Source: Phormidesmis sp.
GTDB lineage: Bacteria > Cyanobacteriota > Cyanobacteriia > Leptolyngbyales > Leptolyngbyaceae
NCBI GenBank assembly: GCA_965248535.1
Contig: CBDFJR010000002.1
Location: forward strand, 160,001 to 224,000
DNA length: 64,000 bases
Reading direction: 5' to 3'
The translations under genes were made by a program, and so were the position numbers. Each line of letters starts with the position of its first letter. Position 1 is the first letter of the stretch. Below, in pieces: positions 61,910 to 64,000 of this stretch. Below the pieces are notes generated by a model. That model searched no databases. It saw only the letters and a list, made by a program, of their open reading frames with translations, and was not told where the DNA came from.

Positions 61910-64000
61910 ATGCCGCCTACCGACAACAATTCCTTTGCTACAGCGACCCCAATCACTAACCTGATTGGAACCCCTTCTCTGTCAGGGTCACTCAACGCAG
62001 GGGATCAAACCGATTTTTATCAATTCACCCTTAACGGCAGCAGCAGCACCAGCATTACGCTGACCGATCTCACAGGTAATGCTCGTCTCCGTCTTTTCAA
62101 CAGCGCAAAATCTGAGATTACCCCAAGCACGACAAACAACTCCAAACAGCTTTCAGAAGCTCTCTCGGTCACCCTGGCTCCTGGAACCTATTACATCCAA
62201 ACAGATTTAGACCCTAACGACGCTAACGTGAGTGAGGCTAGCTATAAGCTAAACCTGTCGGTCAGCACTACTGCAACGCTCAATAATTTGGTTTGGCGCA
62301 ACAAAGTAGATGGCGGTTTTTCGGTGGTGCAGACAGATGGCAAAGTTGTGCAATCTAGCGACCCAATCAAGCTGGGCACTACCACCATCAACCTTTCGAC
62401 CGATTGGCAAAGTCAGTTTGGTGACTTGAATGGGGACGGCGAAGACGACATTTTGTGGCGAAACCAAAAAGACGGCACGATCGCCTATTGGATTATGCAG
62501 GGCGGAGCCATTGTGCAAAGCGCCACTTCTTCCTATAAAGTGCCTGCCAGTTGGCAAGCAACCCTGGCAGATTTTAATAACGACGATCGGGCTGATATCT
62601 TCTGGCGTAATAAACAAACGGGTGAAACAGCAGTTTGGCTCACTAACAGCACAGGTTTGGGGTTTAGCAGTGCGGCCCCACTATCCCCTGGGGTTCCTAG
62701 TGGTTGGGACCCAACTCTAGGCGACTTTAATGGTAAAGATGGGAAAAAAGACATTCTTTGGCGTAACAGTCAGACTGGAGAAGTGGCGATCTGGTTGATG
62801 GATGGCACCCGAATTGCCCCCGGAGGCGCAGCACCGCTTTCAAACGTTCCGGGCAATTGGAAGCCTCAGGTGGGTGACTTTAACAAAGATGGAAAAACTG
62901 ACATCTTATGGCGTAACACCCAGAGCGGAGAAGTTGCCATTTGGCTAATCAACGGCAATCAGATCGCCTCTGGAGGAGCGGCACCGCTTCAGAGCGTTCC
63001 GATCGAATGGACGGCTCAAGTGGGTGACTTTGACGGCAACAAAGGAGACGACATTCTTTGGCGCAATAATCAGACTGGGCAGCTTGCTGTCTGGTTGATG
63101 GACGGGACTCAAATTGCTGCTAACGGAGCCGCCGTACGTTGCCCTATAGCGTCCCCACTAGGTTTAAGATCGAGCGCCTGGCCGATTTTAACAACGATGG
63201 CAAAACTGACATTTTTTGGCGCGATCCAGCATCGGGTGAAGTTGCCATTTGGTTGATGAATGGCACAAGCATTTTAGAGGCAACGTCTCTGCCTCAGCGC
63301 TCTAGCAATGACCAATTTGATGGCATTGAGCAACGACGGTTTAAGGCTACGACCCAAAGCATCGGGGGCAAGACAGAGCTGGCTGCCTTTAATATTGGCA
63401 ACCTAAACACGGCTGGGGTCTATGCCGACTCAATCAGCTCTGATGTGCCTGATTACTTCAAATTCAATTTTGCTTTCAGGTCTACGCTGGTTTTATCGGC
63501 GAGTGATTTAACGGGGCAGCCTCTCAACTCGATCGGTCTGCAAGTTTATAAAGCAGGCGCTAACGGTGCCTCATCAACTCTGGTGTCAGACTATGCGACA
63601 CAAATTCTGGAGCCTGGAGACTATTACATCAAAGTCTCTAGCAATCTCGACAATATCAACTATCGGTTAAATGTTGAAGGCAAGCCACAAGTTACAGAAC
63701 TCGTTGGCAACACGTTCACCGGCCCTTCTCAAGTTCTCTTGACCGCAGGCGCTAGTGACACTGATAACCCCGCTACTACGATATCGATTAACTACAGTGT
63801 TAAGAATGCTGGAACGCTCGCTGCTCCCAATGTCAAGGTTTCTTTCTATCTTTCAAGAGATCAGACTTTCAGCCTAGCGGGTGCGGTGCCAGATTTCAAA
63901 GTTGCGGTTGACCAGGTTTTTGACCTTTCACCCAATCAGTCTAACGCCTCAACGCCGCTAACGTTGACTCTGCCTGCCTGGAAAGATAACTTCTGGACAG
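61910..64000 (+). CDS. Large surface protein: PPC-like domain, FG-GAP repeats, second PPC-like domain, CARDB-like domain; frameshift near 63135; runs off window
   Basis: GDFNxDGKxDILWRN repeats continue in a shifted frame (LADFNNDGKTDIFWRD), which stays open to 64000. Confidence 0.8.

Noticed and set aside
1280..62754. Many short overlapping or antisense ORFs in the six-frame track
   Set aside because: They are shadows of well-supported genes and show no motifs of their own
2432..64000. HIP1 GCGATCGC abundance as a novel repeat
   Set aside because: Well-known cyanobacterial genome feature; used only as a taxonomic and foreign-DNA indicator

Overview
Chromosomal DNA of a cyanobacterium. HIP1 (GCGATCGC) is very frequent, and the window carries chlD, sigF, an HHL1-like gene, labA-like, tftA-like and speY; a filamentous Leptolyngbya-like host is my inference. 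The left end (1-2431) is a chromosomal integron: intI, a repeat-rich attI region, a 166-bp gene-less and almost fully self-complementary first cassette, and a second cassette with two adjacent genes sharing an N-terminal SGQIGQAGRDL motif (amyloid-signalling-like). 5153-8571 is an ATPase plus degenerate-STAND/TPR gene pair with near-identical 120-bp repeats. The rest is mostly core genome: ureE-ureF, rbp, dnaG, amidase, CHASE2 kinase, labA-leuA, HD phosphodiesterase, sigF, chlD, ftsQ-ftsZ, moeA, rpmG-rpsR-RNase II, plsX-fabH-fabD-plsC, thyX with a 384-aa HNH intein, exbBD, speY, cobO and a large FG-GAP surface protein running off the right end. Upstream of speY is a candidate ribosome-dependent attenuator (uORF, antiterminator, terminator). 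A MITE and REP-like elements are present. I saw no tRNA, rRNA or CRISPR array. Several single-base frameshifts, one in essential ftsZ, point to assembly indel errors. All calls come from reading the sequence and motifs; no database searches were run.
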